Assembly (NCBI GenBank): GCA_951406725.2
Contig: OX597815.1
Coordinates: 86,552,001-86,616,000 of the forward strand
Length of the DNA: 64,000 nt
Source: Octopus vulgaris
Taxonomy: Eukaryota
Direction: 5' to 3'
Shown piece by piece: positions 1-13,129 of the stretch. The first letter of the stretch is position 1; the number at the start of each line of letters is the position of its first letter. The notes below the pieces were generated by a model, which had not been told where the DNA came from, did not search any database, and saw only the letters and a program-made list of their open reading frames with translations. Position numbers and translations under genes: made by a program.

Positions 1-806
1 GATCCGGGCATAAGAAAGGCTCGTCACATAATGTAACCATGACCGTTGTAATAAAAAATAAGAAATTGAGGAAATAAGGACCTTGTAATAGAAGTCCATC
101 TAATAACAATATACCAATGGATCGACGCTAAGACTTCTAAAAATCCCGGGCCATGTTGTAGACAGTTTAAGACGTGGTGTAATTAGATATTTGAAGACAC
201 AGGTTTAACGCTCGATGTAACGGCAATCTTAACGGAACATCCAACCAAAGAGTGTGGTGATTCAGCAGATAGAAGAGAGTACAAAAGTCTAGGAGAAAAC
301 TGTGCAACTAAGCAAGCATGCATTCATACTCAAGCGGACGCACATACATCTCTGTGTATGTATGGAAGTATGTATATGTGTATGTGTGTATGCGTGTGTG
401 TATATGTGTATGTAGTTGTGTATGTGTGATGTATGTGTGTGTAAATGTAACTTTTTGCTTTGGTTCTTCTTGGTTTGCAAACGGCAGAAACGTTCTTAGA
501 AAACCGGATTCTCTTCTATCTTATATTCATAAAATAATTACAACACGACACATGCTGTCTTCATCAACTATTTTTTTAAATAATTTAATTTAAAATTTCA
601 TTTCACCAATTAATTAGTCTAAATTCACTGATAACACTACTTTAGACATCTCATTTCTTTCAACTATGCTTCAGAAGTTTCAGCAACATAAGTGTAGATA
701 AGCTTAGAAAACAGATAAGAATATTCGAAGAAAAATTATATACATATTTCTTCATTTATAGATAAAAATGAAAACAGTTGAAATATATTTGTAAAACGTG
801 TTACAG

Positions 807-935
807 TTTTTGCTTCATTTGGAGTCAGGTGGAAAATTGGATTTAATTAGAATTTCTCCGAGTGTTTTTGAATCGGCTCAATGTGTAGTTAGATTTCGCG
901 TAGCAAAGTCAAAAGACATTGGTCATCACAAAATT
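807..935 (+). CDS. Possible isolated host coding exon (43 codons, phase 0-0), product unknown
   Basis: ttacag| acceptor at 806 and |gtaaga donor at 936; 129 bp open only in frame FLLHLESGGKLDLIRISPSVFESAQCVVRFRVAKSKDIGHHKI; non-repetitive composition. Weak polypyrimidine tract, no homolog recognised. Confidence 0.3.
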
Positions 936-1692
936 GTAAGAATTAAAGGGAGTTATGTCAACCAAGTCACACCTTGTCTTTGAATGCGCAACTCTGCTGC
1001 ATATCTCACGACATTCAATTTAAGTGACCGCCATCTTCAAGGCTGATGGTTGCCACTTGCGAAATTAAGGACCCTCTTTCTTTCTCTCTCTCCCTCTCTC
1101 CCGTAATAGTGCTAGTCGCCATAGTATTTGTAGTAGCGGTGGTAGTGGAGGTGGCGGCGGCAATTGTGTTAGCGCTAGTTGTGGCCGATATCGTGCTCGT
1201 TGTAGTATATGTTTGTGTGTAGTATGTGCGTGTGTGTGTGTGCGTGTGTATATAAGCGCGCACGTAAGTGCATATGAGTGTATAAACAAAAATGAGCGAA
1301 GGGAAATAACTCAGAGGGGCTAGTAGCATGCAGTTGAACAACATAGAAAACTACTGGTACATCCAATATCACACAACATAAATTCTTGATTTTTTGAAAA
1401 ATATACCTCTCCATCTTCAGAGAATGTATTATTATTACCAATTGACAATTACGACCAGCTCCACTTCAGATGGAGAGGTAATTTCCCGATTCAATAATTT
1501 TCCAAAGTTGATAAATCGTAAAAGAAAGAAGCGTGTACTTCTGGCTCCGTAACCGTCATCAGCACGGTAATTTTCTGACATTATCTCTAGTAAAGGAACT
1601 TAGAATTATACAAAATGCGTAGAATGAGTGTGTGTGGTATGCATGTAAATATGTGTGTATGTATGCGTATATGCATTTATATATAAATAATG

Positions 1693-2580
1693 TTTTCAAA
1701 TTTTGTCACAAGGCCAGCAATTTCTGGGGTTAAGTCGATTACATCGACCCCTATTATCAACTTGTACTTATTTTATCGACCTCGAAATGAATAAAGGGAA
1801 AGTCAACCTCGGCGGAATTTGATTTCAAAACATGAAAACGGACGAAATACTGCTAAGTGTTTTGCCCGGCATGTTAATGATTCTGTCAGCACGACGCCCA
1901 ACTTTATGTGTGAATATTCTTTTCCACTCTAGGCACAAGGCCCCAAATTTTGGGGAAGAGGGTCAGTCGATTAGATAGACCCCAGTACGTAACTGTTACT
2001 TAATTTATCGACCCCGAAAGGATAAAGGCAAAGTCGACCTCGGCGGAATTTGAACTTAGAAGGTAAGGACAAACGAAATACCGCTAAGAGATTTGCCCGG
2101 GTTGCTAACGTTTCTTATTTCTTTACTGCCCACAAGGGGCTAAACATAGAGGGGACAAACGTTTCTTATTTCTTTACTACCCAAAAGGAGCTACACACAG
2201 AGGGGACAAACAAGGACAGACAAACAGATTAAGTCGATTACATCGACTCCAGTGCGTAACTGGTACTTAATTTATCGACTCTGAAAGGATGAAAGGCAAA
2301 GTCGACCTCGGCGGAATTTGAGCTCAGAACGTAACGGCAGACGAAATATCTATTTCTTTACTACACACAAGGGGCTAAACACAGAGGACAAACAAGGACA
2401 GACAAACGGATTAAGCCGATTATATCGACCCCAGTGCGTAACTGGTACTTATTTAATTCACCTCGAAAGGATGAAAGGCAAAGTCTACCTCGGCGGAATT
2501 TGAGCTCAGAACGTAGCGGCAGACGAAATACGGCTACACATTTCACCCGGGGTGTTAATGTTTCTGCCAGCTCGACACCT
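1693..2580 (-). mobile_element. Head-to-tail array of four tRNA-derived octopus-type SINE copies
   Basis: Four repeats of gtcgattacatcgacccc...tttatcgaccccgaaaggatgaaaggcaaagtcgacctcggcggaatttgaactc (minus-strand B box gagttcaaattcc); inner copies lack the 5' head. Confidence 0.9.
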
Positions 2581-3025
2581 TACTTTATACTCGCACACAC
2601 ATATATATGAACCTCCTTTATTTCGGTCTTCATGATCTGCACTGGTGATGGTAAAATTTTTATTTTCAGCTCGGCATGCATGTGAGTGTTGATTTGGTGG
2701 ATTTCCGCTGGCGTGAGAAAAATATATTGTTCCATATCAGCAAACTAACTTTTTATGTATGGAACCTTAATTTTTTTATTTTTGGCATTGAGTAATGGGT
2801 TGGTACCACGCATATTTAGCAAGAATGTCAAAGTGAAGGCTGGTTGTTGTTTGTATTCATCAAATACCTTGTTTTATATATTTTGCTGTTCTGTGGTAAC
2901 AGTGAGGATAACTTTTGTACGGAGCTGCTGTATGAAAAGAGATGTTCTAGTTGATGGTGGGTGTGTGTTGGATGTGACTTGTTATTTAATTGATGTTATG
3001 GTTTTACATATATATACATACATAC

Positions 3026-3074
<49 letters not shown>

Positions 3075-3076
3075 CC

Positions 3077-3553
3077 ACTGAGTGGAGAAACGAAATGAAG
3101 GGCACTCAGAACATTTATTTAGTAAATGTTACATATTATATTTAAAATAGTTTGATTCGGCTCCGTGCCACTTAAAGTTTTGCAGGCTTCTTACACAAGC
3201 CTAGAACGTTAAATTCAGCGACAACAGATACATTGGAAAAGAGAATGTCTTGGACAGAAAGATGGGCCTTTGAAGGGATTGCAAGCCGATAAAATCAAAC
3301 CCGCAAAACCCCGATGCAAAAAGTAAAAGAATGGATAAAAACTGAAAAAGCAAGAAAATTGGGGTTAGATCCCTTTTGACTATAGGAATCAAACTTAAAC
3401 CTGTAGAACAATTCAACGGAGAGAGGTCAAAAGACAACTATTCAGTCCGCCGAGGGTGATGTTCTCCAGCCCAGCCATATGTCTTCATAACAAAAAGCTA
3501 TTAGTAGCTCATATCTTTATAAAGTGAACATTAAATGGTAGTTATTCCTCAGT
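3077..3553 (-). mobile_element. Putative solo LTR or unclassified insertion between microsatellites
   Basis: Terminal inverted hexamer actgag...ctcagt (contains TG..CA); minus-strand AATAAA about 40 bp from the end; no TSD found. Confidence 0.25.
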
Positions 3554-3596
3554 AGATGTGAGCAACAAATATAATCTTACGTTAACAGAACAGTAA

Positions 3597-3676
<80 letters not shown>

Positions 3677-4480
3677 AGAAATATAAATTAGAATTTGCCT
3701 TTGAAGCAGCTTAAAAAACGGGAACACTAACATTATCACACACTTTAAACTCTGTTAAGCTACGGAACTTCGCCCAGAGGAAACCCCTTTAAAGACGTCT
3801 TGTGTCTAAAACCGCAGCCTCAAAGTCGGTACCTGACACCATTGACGAAGTTATTTCTCCTCTGAATCGGTAACACTTCATGGTTTTGCTTCAAGACGCT
3901 CCATTTTCTTGTTTTATATTTTGTGTTCTTTCAGATTTCTTGCAATTTTGACAGCTACTCACACTGCCTCTACACCTTTTTATTTCTTCTATGCATATAT
4001 ATATGCATTATACGTGTTTGTATGTGTATGTATTTGTGAATGTATATGTGTGTATGTGTAGGGGTCCATTACTGCTTTTCCTCAATGAAAATTCGTCACC
4101 TCATCTCTTCATTTCTCTGAAATACCTTCCATCTGTCTTCGAATACTTACAAGAAATTATATTTTTGTTTTTCCATTCTCAATATATATAGCTTGGGCTC
4201 TAAGCCTGGCTGGTCGATGACAGCAGAACATTTCCTTCTCTAAATCTGTGTCACTCAATCTCACTCTCTCATCCTTTCTCTCTTTTTGTCTCCTTCTTTC
4301 TCTCTGACTTTTCTTTCGATCAGTCTTGTCATGCTCCCGCTTCTCTCAGCACAGTTACCGCGTTCTTCTTGCATTGTGAGCATGACAGATAAAGAAGAAA
4401 AATAGATGGATGCGACACATACATTCGTACATATAGATATATGTGTGTGTGCATCATGTATGTGTCTATGAATGTTTATA

Positions 4481-4885
<405 letters not shown>

Positions 4886-5279
4886 TTTACGACGATATTT
4901 GAAATGTAATATATTAAGAAGACAGCAATATCATTGTTAAAATGATTTTATATTTAAAGAAATGCTGCTGCTGCTGCTGCTGCCGTTCTTCTTTTTATCT
5001 TTTTTTTGTAGTACAGAAAAAAATAACAGTCTTTTTTAATACTACACAAATTTCTTCAGAGATAAATGCTTGAAGCTACCTTTTTCTATAATAATGTCAC
5101 CAGTAATAAGAAGACACAGATACTCAGATTACACGAAACATCAAGAATATTTTGTGATTTTTTTTTTGCGTTTGTGTTTCTTCTCTGTTTTTTGTCTTGT
5201 TTTCTGAGTTGACACAAGGCAAATATTTTTACATGTGCTATATAGTCAGCAGAATCAGTTTTAATATTGGAATTACTTA

Positions 5280-5624
5280 AGGTGGAGAGCTGGCAGAATC
5301 TTTACTATGCCGGACAAAATGCTTAGCGGCATTTCGTCCGTCTTTATATTCTGAATTCAAATTCCGCCGAGGTCGTCTTTACCCTTCATCCTTTCGGTGT
5401 CGATAAAATAAGTACCACCTGAGTACTGCGGTCGATGTAATCGACCTAACCTCATCCGTCGAAATTTCTGGCCTTCTACAAAAATTTGAGATCAATATTG
5501 GAGTTACTTAAGGCGGCGAGCAGACGGAATCGTCTGCACGCTCGGCAAAATGCTTAGCGGCACTTCGAGGTAAACAACTTACCCTTTATCCGAAATTACT
5601 GGATCTGTGCCAAAATTTGAACCT
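5280..5624 (+). mobile_element. Full SINE (5280-5493) followed by an internally deleted SINE (5511-5624)
   Basis: ggtggagagctggcagaatc...ttcaaattccgccgaggtcg...aaaatttgag; the second copy keeps head and tail only; a 17-bp flank is repeated three times. Confidence 0.85.
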
Positions 5625-5825
5625 AATATTGAAGTTACTTATATCATGGGTTACAGATAGAAGAAAGACAATATGAATTTTGGCATGGCGATTTTCAGCT
5701 GAATGGACAAGTTTATTTGTCTCAAATTGATCGAACTCCTGACGTTTATTTTTACTAAGATAAGTGTACGGCCATACATTTTGAGGGCAGTGTATAAACC
5801 TGTTTTTCGACCTCACATTTTTTTT

Positions 5826-6250
5826 ACATCATAGCAAGGATAATCTAGTGGACACTTTGCAACAAGTATGGAATTGACAGAGCAAAAGAGTGGTACAAAC
5901 ATAAACCCGAAGGCATCATCGAAAATGATAATGCAAAGATCTTATGGGATTTTATGATTCAGTGCGACCATTAGATAGGGAATAGGAAACCAGACATAGT
6001 GTGAATGGAGAAAGAAAGCAAACGATGCTGGGTCATAGATATAGATCTGAACAGATGTATAGAGGGAATAGGAACAAAGATATGAACAGATGTATAGATG
6101 GAATAGGAATAAAACCCAGTTTAGTACAGCACCAGAAAGCAATGTTATTAGGGACTGTTAGGACACTTAGGAGGGTTCTTGGCATTCAAGATTACTTGCT
6201 GTAACCCAATAGGAGGGATCTTGGCATCTAAGGCAAGATTATGCACTGTT
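5826..6250 (+). mobile_element. 3' fragment of an R4/Dong-clade non-LTR retrotransposon (RLE endonuclease)
   Basis: Translates to ...WTLCNKYGIDRAKEWYKHKPEGIIENDNAKILWDFMIQCDH*IGNRKPDIV...QKAMLLGTVRTLRRVL. Confidence 0.85.
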
Positions 6251-6411
6251 TATCTTGTTACGTGATCGCAAAGTAGCGCACATATTGTTCTGATGCATGT
6301 GGCTGGAGTAACCATATGAGACGGGTAGTCATGATGGCTATATTGAGCTTCGTATATTTGTACTCCATCGACAATTTCATGGCGTGTCCTGCTCTCTCAC
6401 TCAATAGTGAT

Positions 6412-6618
6412 TTCAATTTTTGGCTCAAGGCCAGCGATTTAGGAGGAGGGATAAGTTAATTACGTTCTTCACGTTGATTAAATTAATCACATTGATCAAT
6501 TGGTACTTATTCTATCGACCTCTAAAGGATGAAAGACAAAGTCGATCCCAGCGGCATTTGAAAATGCCGTTAAGAATTTTGCCCGGTGTGCTAACGATTC
6601 TGCCATATTGCTGGCTTA
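6412..6618 (-). mobile_element. Degenerate SINE, same family as 1693-2580
   Basis: tggtacttattctatcgacctctaaaggatgaaagacaaagtcgatcccagcggcatttg...gctaacgattctgcca. Confidence 0.8.
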
Positions 6619-8117
6619 AATAACGATGCTGCTACGGTGTTGATAATGATGATATTGATGATGGTGGTGACAATTTATTTGCCAAAGGGGCGTCAGATAT
6701 GAGGGACACTAAAACGGCAGTCTAAAATTTGAGAGAGCGATTACATAAAATCAGGTAAGAAAGAAGATGGTGGTAAGGAATGAGACGAACAGAATACATA
6801 GAACAGAAAATATACGAATACACTAATGGAACAGATCTTTTGTTACAAGAAAGTTTCCAACTAGGGCCAATGTTATCCTGATCAACTGGGGCACAATCCT
6901 TCATATAACTGTTGTCCCAATTTACAGGCGCGTGCCCAGATTAGATCAGTTCAGGCTAATCATTTTCCACCACTGTTACACATCTTTGTATATTAATAGA
7001 AAAGCACTTTCTGTTCCACCCCCTCTCTCCTTTCCAGGAATTACTTGAAAAAGTCGATAGAGTTACGATCGAACAGCAAGGTGACGAATCTCAATCGTTT
7101 CAACCTCTTTGCAATTTTTTCCAATTACATTTGATTAAGTAGGTGTATGTATTTTCACAAATTTAACAATACTCAAGAGCGAAGCAGATTATATATTTTG
7201 TAGAGTCTATTGATAAACACAGTATATTTATCAATACATCAATGTTTATTTAACTTATCAATTTATCGAAATGACAGAATTAAATTATGCACTGCGATAT
7301 TAAAAATATAGAAATATAGATTTCTTAATTAGACCCAATGACAAGTGTTAAAAACGTAGTATCCTCGAATGCATCGATCACAATATTTTGATCATACTGA
7401 TATTATCGAGTTAGAGTTGCTGAAAAGTAGTACTTGAATGCTGAAACAACTGGGACAAGATTTGATACTATAATACTATTCAGTACAACATTATAAAGCG
7501 ATCTCAAAATGTATAAATTCAGATAATTACTCTCAAAAGTGTTGCTGTCATTACCTTCCTCATCATTTTTTTATGCTGTTTTTTATAGCTAAAACTCCAT
7601 CGCCTAATGCGTCGATCCTATTGTAAGACTGTACAGTTCGATTTCAAGGATTTTGGATGCTATTACAAGCAGATCGAGTGACTGCATTGCAGCTTCTCAG
7701 CTTCTGGTGGGATAAGCCCCGCCAAACTAAATTGTCATACATATCTTATATGGTCAGGAATTTTTCTTTTCTTTTTTTTTTCTGTGAAACGCTCGGAATC
7801 CAAATCTTACAAATTATTTGTATAGAGACGGAAAACTAAAGTTTTTATAGTGGAGAAGATTGTAACCATCGGTACAATTGACATTGTGCGGTCTTTGGAA
7901 ACTGGGGACGTGGTTCTCATGTTCTCATAGTTTACGTCAAGTTGAAGCTGATCAGTATCAAATTAGAGAAACATATGCTAACCTCCAATTTCTATAAGAT
8001 GTGAAATACATCTCAACCTGCTCCAATACAGATAGCTTTTTATATGAGGAATTAAACTAACAAGTACTTGCCGATAAATCACTGGTGGTTGCATGCTGCA
8101 GGGCTCCTTTTGAAGAC

Positions 8118-8480
8118 GTGTGTCCTGGCGGTTAAGGTATTTGGCTCACGATCATATTATCTATTTCTTTACTACCCACAACACAGAGAGTGCAAATAAA
8201 GGGATTAAGTCGATTACATCGACCCCAGTGTGCAACTGGTACTTAATTTATCGACCCCGAAAGGATGAAAGGCAAAGTCGACCTCGGCGGAATTTGAACT
8301 CGGAACGTAATGACAGACGAAATACGGCTACGCATTTCGCCTGGCGTGCTAACGTTTCTGCCAGCTCGCCGCCTTATCACGATCATATTATCGTGCGTTC
8401 AATTCCTAAACCGGAATTGTATCCTCGAATAAGGTTTTTCATGTCACGTTGTTCCAGTTTACTCGGTTCAAAATGAATAG
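8118..8480 (+). mobile_element. tRNA-headed SINE interrupted by another SINE
   Basis: A box tggcggttaagg, then tatttggctcacgatc, and B box gttcaattcc after the insert; matches the reverse complement of the head at 45866-45925. Confidence 0.65.
8162..8376 (-). mobile_element. Young SINE with 16-bp target-site duplication
   Basis: Near-consensus SINE flanked by identical tcacgatcatattatc at 8146-8161 and 8377-8392. Confidence 0.92.
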
Positions 8481-9244
8481 CTGCCAACAGTTCTCTTTTT
8501 CTCCCAACTATCAAATCTTGATGCAGCGTAGGGTCAAAAGGTGGAGACTAGAAATAATGCTTGTGTCTACTCGCGACTACAATGAACAAGATAGGTACAA
8601 ATTAACAACTAGGCAACATATATTGGTATATGATTCCTTCCTGAGAATATCTTAATAACCTTAACAATGTTTCGCCAACATTTTGCTTTTTATAGTAAGA
8701 TGAAGATTAGTTCTAATTTGAAAGTTTAGTCTTTTTGCTTCTTATATGAGATACAGAGAAATGCTACCTGACTAATGTTACTATTTGAGTATTAAAAACG
8801 CGTAGGTTGGTGATGACGTAAAGGGGATTCGTTTCTTACTACTGATTCTCGAATTACATTTACTTGACTGAAATCAATTCATTTCATTTACATCTCTAAT
8901 ACAAACTGAGAAAGGCATGAAAGTCAAAACATCCTCCTGTTGATGTCTCTTCTAAAAATATTACTTTAGATTTCATGTCTATATAAAGATGTTAATGAGT
9001 TCATTTATACATGTGTTGGCATGTTTCTCTATGTACGTATGTCTGTGTTTATATGTGTACACTCACACACACACATATATACACACAGAAACACACACAG
9101 ACATGTACATACATGCGTATTATGTATGTGTATATGTGTGTTTACGATTGTGTAATTGCATATAAGCGTACGGATGTGTAGTTGAGATTTTGTCTGTGAG
9201 TGAATATTCATGCATGTGTGTGGGTGTGTGAATACTAGTTACTG

Positions 9245-9432
<188 letters not shown>

Positions 9433-10354
9433 TAAGCATCAGTATGTGTCTGTCAGATGTGTTTAAATTTGTGAAGTATACATTTTCTTTTAAACAAAAT
9501 AATTATCTAATTATTTGAAACAACACTCATCAAATCCTATTAGTTCATGTGGGGTTTCTGCTTCTTTTTTTTTTAAGTGATAGCGAAATATGTCTAAAAG
9601 TCAATAAATTAACGTATAAGTATACAGGTATTAAATGTTATTTCTCATAGTGATTTTAGAAAGCTTTCTACCACCTCTATATGCGATATAAGTTCAAGTT
9701 ATTCTTCATATCTACATTCCCAGCAAACCTCATCATATACGTTTTCTGGACCCAAGATACGTAGGGGCCGCCAGAAATCTGGTAAGATCTTCAGAGTATT
9801 TATGTTTGTTTTATTTTACAACCATATCCATCCTTACTGAGAAAACAGAGGACCAAACATGTTCTTCCTATAACAATACTATAACTCTTGGTCAATATGT
9901 CGTAGCTTTCCAAAAATGTTGGTATTTAGTTTGTGGAAATTCTGTCGGCTGTCTTTAGCAGTTGGAATGAAAACACCCTCGATGTCTAATTTTCATATAC
10001 CTTGTCGATGAACCGGTGTGTGTGTGTGGGGGGGATTAGTATGAATTTAGCATGGCCAGATATTTCAGAAATTCGCCTTGCAATCAGGGGTTGTCTCGAG
10101 GTCGATCTCATTGTGTGGTATCTACTACATAAGCCTTTCACCATAACTAAGATTATAAATGAAATAGGAAAGAGAGCAATTAGGCGGAAGCCCGTGAGAT
10201 AGACTCTGTGATTCAAATGTTCAATTTTGTCATACAGCATCATGTTGATTTGGACTGAAAGTTTCATGTAGTGTACAGGTATCTGCAGAAAAAAACCTAC
10301 TGCTTATAGAGGAATTTCAACCATGTTTCATGGCTTGCTACCACAACAGCTCCT

Positions 10355-11645
10355 TTATAGGATCCAGTTAGCTCAAGACATCATCAGGAGGAACCACGTC
10401 CGGTTTCGGCCCCTACTCTTCTACCGTTTTGACGTGCCCCCCCTTTTCGGAGGTCTCTTCAGCTCTGGTGTTGAGTACATGTCTTCTTTCTTCTTTCTTC
10501 TGTTCCCTGGCCTCTTCGGTGTAGCGTCAATGAGTGTCAGCGCGCGACTGACTGTCTTGTCAAATTTCCCTTTAAATACCTGCTAATAGGCTCCAGCAGG
10601 CAGTCCCAGCAAGTTGTCAAGTGACACTGTCTCAACTTTAATTGACCAATGGAGGGCGCGTAGTCTTAGCCCACGCATTCTCTAAACGAGACCGTCACCT
10701 GTCAGTCAGCGAAGCTACTTCAGTGTCAGCCTGTTTCACCAAGTGATGTTATATTCCTGCCAGCATGTTATGACTTTCAAGCCATTTTTGGTCTTCCCGC
10801 TTCAGCCTTATATAGAAGTTGGCTTTTTCGACCGCCTCCTGTATTCTCCATATTAGTTTTCTCAGCTCCGAGTTAGAATACGCAAATCTTCTTTTGAATA
10901 ACGTTGTCATTTTTATTTCAATGAAGCCCCTAGCCCCACTGCCAGGTGGTAATACTCCACAGTCCATCCCTGTTCTCTGCTCTCTTCGATTAGTTTTTCA
11001 TACCTCTTCTCCTTTCGTTTCTCTGCATTGTCGATGTTCTCATCCCATGGCACTGTCAGTTATTCTCCGTTCTCTGTCCCATAGGACTAAGTCTGGTCTT
11101 TTTGTTGTGTTTATGAGTGAAAATATTACTAGTCTTTCCAAATCCGTCGCCAGCTCCCGGTATCCCTTCCATCTTTCGTCTACCTCGTATATTTTATTTG
11201 TAGGCCTGGTCTTATGTTCTTTTCCCTCCTACTGGAAGTATACCTTCCCGCGCTTTTTCACTTTTAGGTATTCTCCCCAATTGTATCTCTCGATCTTCTT
11301 GAGTGCTGCGATTATGACGCCAAGGACTTGATTATGACGCCATGTATACCTTTCTAATGCTAGTCTGCAGTTTGACAGAATATGTCTAACCGTCGCTTTC
11401 TCTCCGGATCTACATTCATCGGTTGGTTGTTTTTATGTTCCACCGGACTAAGTTCGCCGGTGAGGGTAGAACGTCAAAGGTAGACTTGATCAAGAAGGAT
11501 GTTCTTGCTTGTTACCAACCCCAAAGTTCCATCCATGAGATTCTGCGACTGATCACATATGCCTCCCATCTCAGTCACTATCCCTGTTGACTAAATTGCA
11601 CCAAATGTACATTTCGCCTTTCTTCTTCCTCTCTTCTCATTTCGT
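10355..11645 (-). mobile_element. 5'-truncated HERO-clade (RLE) non-LTR retrotransposon: zinc knuckle, RLE and 3' UTR
   Basis: Minus-strand SFLIKSTFDVLPSPANLVRW, ECRSGEKATVRHILSNC..RYTWRHNQVL, RPDLVLWD..LTVPWDENID, GARGF..IQEAVEKANFYIRLKR; 3' UTR ends ...ccgaaac...ctgatgatgtc. Confidence 0.8.
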
Positions 11646-12018
11646 GTATCACTAATTCAATGATAGATAAGTTCAGTTGATCAATACGTTGATTAACCAT
11701 TATCGAAATAGACAAATTTCTATATTTCCCTTATCAAGCAAATTTCTATAATTTTTTGATTGCTCAAAAAGTGTATCAAAAAAGCTCCTTGAGAATAGTT
11801 AAGCCTGGTACTTATTCTATTAGTCTGTTTTGGCAAGCCGCTAAGTTACAGGTACGTGGTGTGTGTGTGTATAAATTGTTACGGTGGCTATTCGCAAATT
11901 ACAACCGAAAGGCACAAGTATAGTCGTTACTAAAGTGACTGAGGGTGCTAGTCAGTACGAACACTGCTAGAAATAAGAATCAAAACAACTCCTAGCCACA
12001 TGAGAGCACTTATCTAAC

Positions 12019-12106
12019 GACTGACAAGGGAAATGAAATCATCACATCGATGATTTCAGATTTGATTAATCTTCATCAGTAGCCCAATTAAATCACCTTG
12101 TCAGTC
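12019..12106 (-). ncRNA. Hammerhead-core-like motif (degenerate), Penelope-like unit
   Basis: Minus strand CTGATGA-agatt(aatca)aatct-GAAA-tcatc(gatgt)gatga-TT, enclosed by an 11-bp inverted repeat gactgacaagg/ccttgtcagtc; proximal stem I does not pair. Confidence 0.4.
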
Positions 12107-12404
12107 CAAACCACTATTGGGGATAAATTTCGAAGGAAATGAAAAATAAAAACATTTACCATCTATTTCCTGCACCAGGGATTCTGAATTTAAATTAGCA
12201 AATAAAATAATTTGCTTGATGAAGTTTTCATCAACAGGTACGCCAAGATTAAACATATAAATACGATGTTCGTTTTCTATCTTTTTGTTTTTATGTTTTC
12301 GTTTCTCATTGTGTTCAACGCTTTTTTGATGTCCTCTACCTATATATGCATGTATACATACATATATATGTAGGTATGTACCTATATGTATTTATATATG
12401 CTTA

Positions 12405-12450
<46 letters not shown>

Positions 12451-12519
12451 CATACACACATACATATATATAATATCAGTCAGGTTACATATATTTATGC
12501 ACACCCAAACACACGCACG

Positions 12520-12566
<47 letters not shown>

Positions 12567-13022
12567 TTATATATACACATATACATATATTTCACTTATA
12601 TCAATTAATTATTCAACAAAAGATTTACGGCGTATTTTCCTTCCTCATAGATAATTACTAGTTGTAGTAGAAGAATGAAGTACTATCTCGAAGAATTCTT
12701 GAAAATATGTGGAAGCCAAATAGTTGTCCAAAATGCAAAGATAAAGTGAAAATAGTAAAACAAATGCGCAGATGTTTTTCAACTACCGTTATTATTTAAT
12801 GTAATATTCAATATTAAATATCGCCAAAAATAATGGCGCTAAAAATCGAAAATAAGAAGAAGACGATGCTAATATAGAATATGATATGTCGTTGACGTAA
12901 AATGAAGGAATGAAACATAGAATTAGCTAAAAACTATTATATATATATCACAGAGATTATCGCCGTTCCCTGCATACTCACACACAAACACATAGATACA
13001 TGTAAATTTTGTGTATGTATAC

Positions 13023-13069
<47 letters not shown>

Positions 13070-13097
13070 CACACACACATATATGTATATGTATATT

Positions 13098-13129
<32 letters not shown>

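Noticed and set aside
10360-10475. CTGAAGA, GAAA and CTGATGA words in the HERO 3' UTR (minus strand) as a hammerhead
   Set aside because: Could not build stems I and III in a valid topology; better explained as the structured 3' UTR of the element.
11310-11342. 13-bp direct repeat gattatgacgcca as a TSD
   Set aside because: Lies inside continuous HERO coding sequence (WRHNQVLGVII) with only 7 bp between copies.
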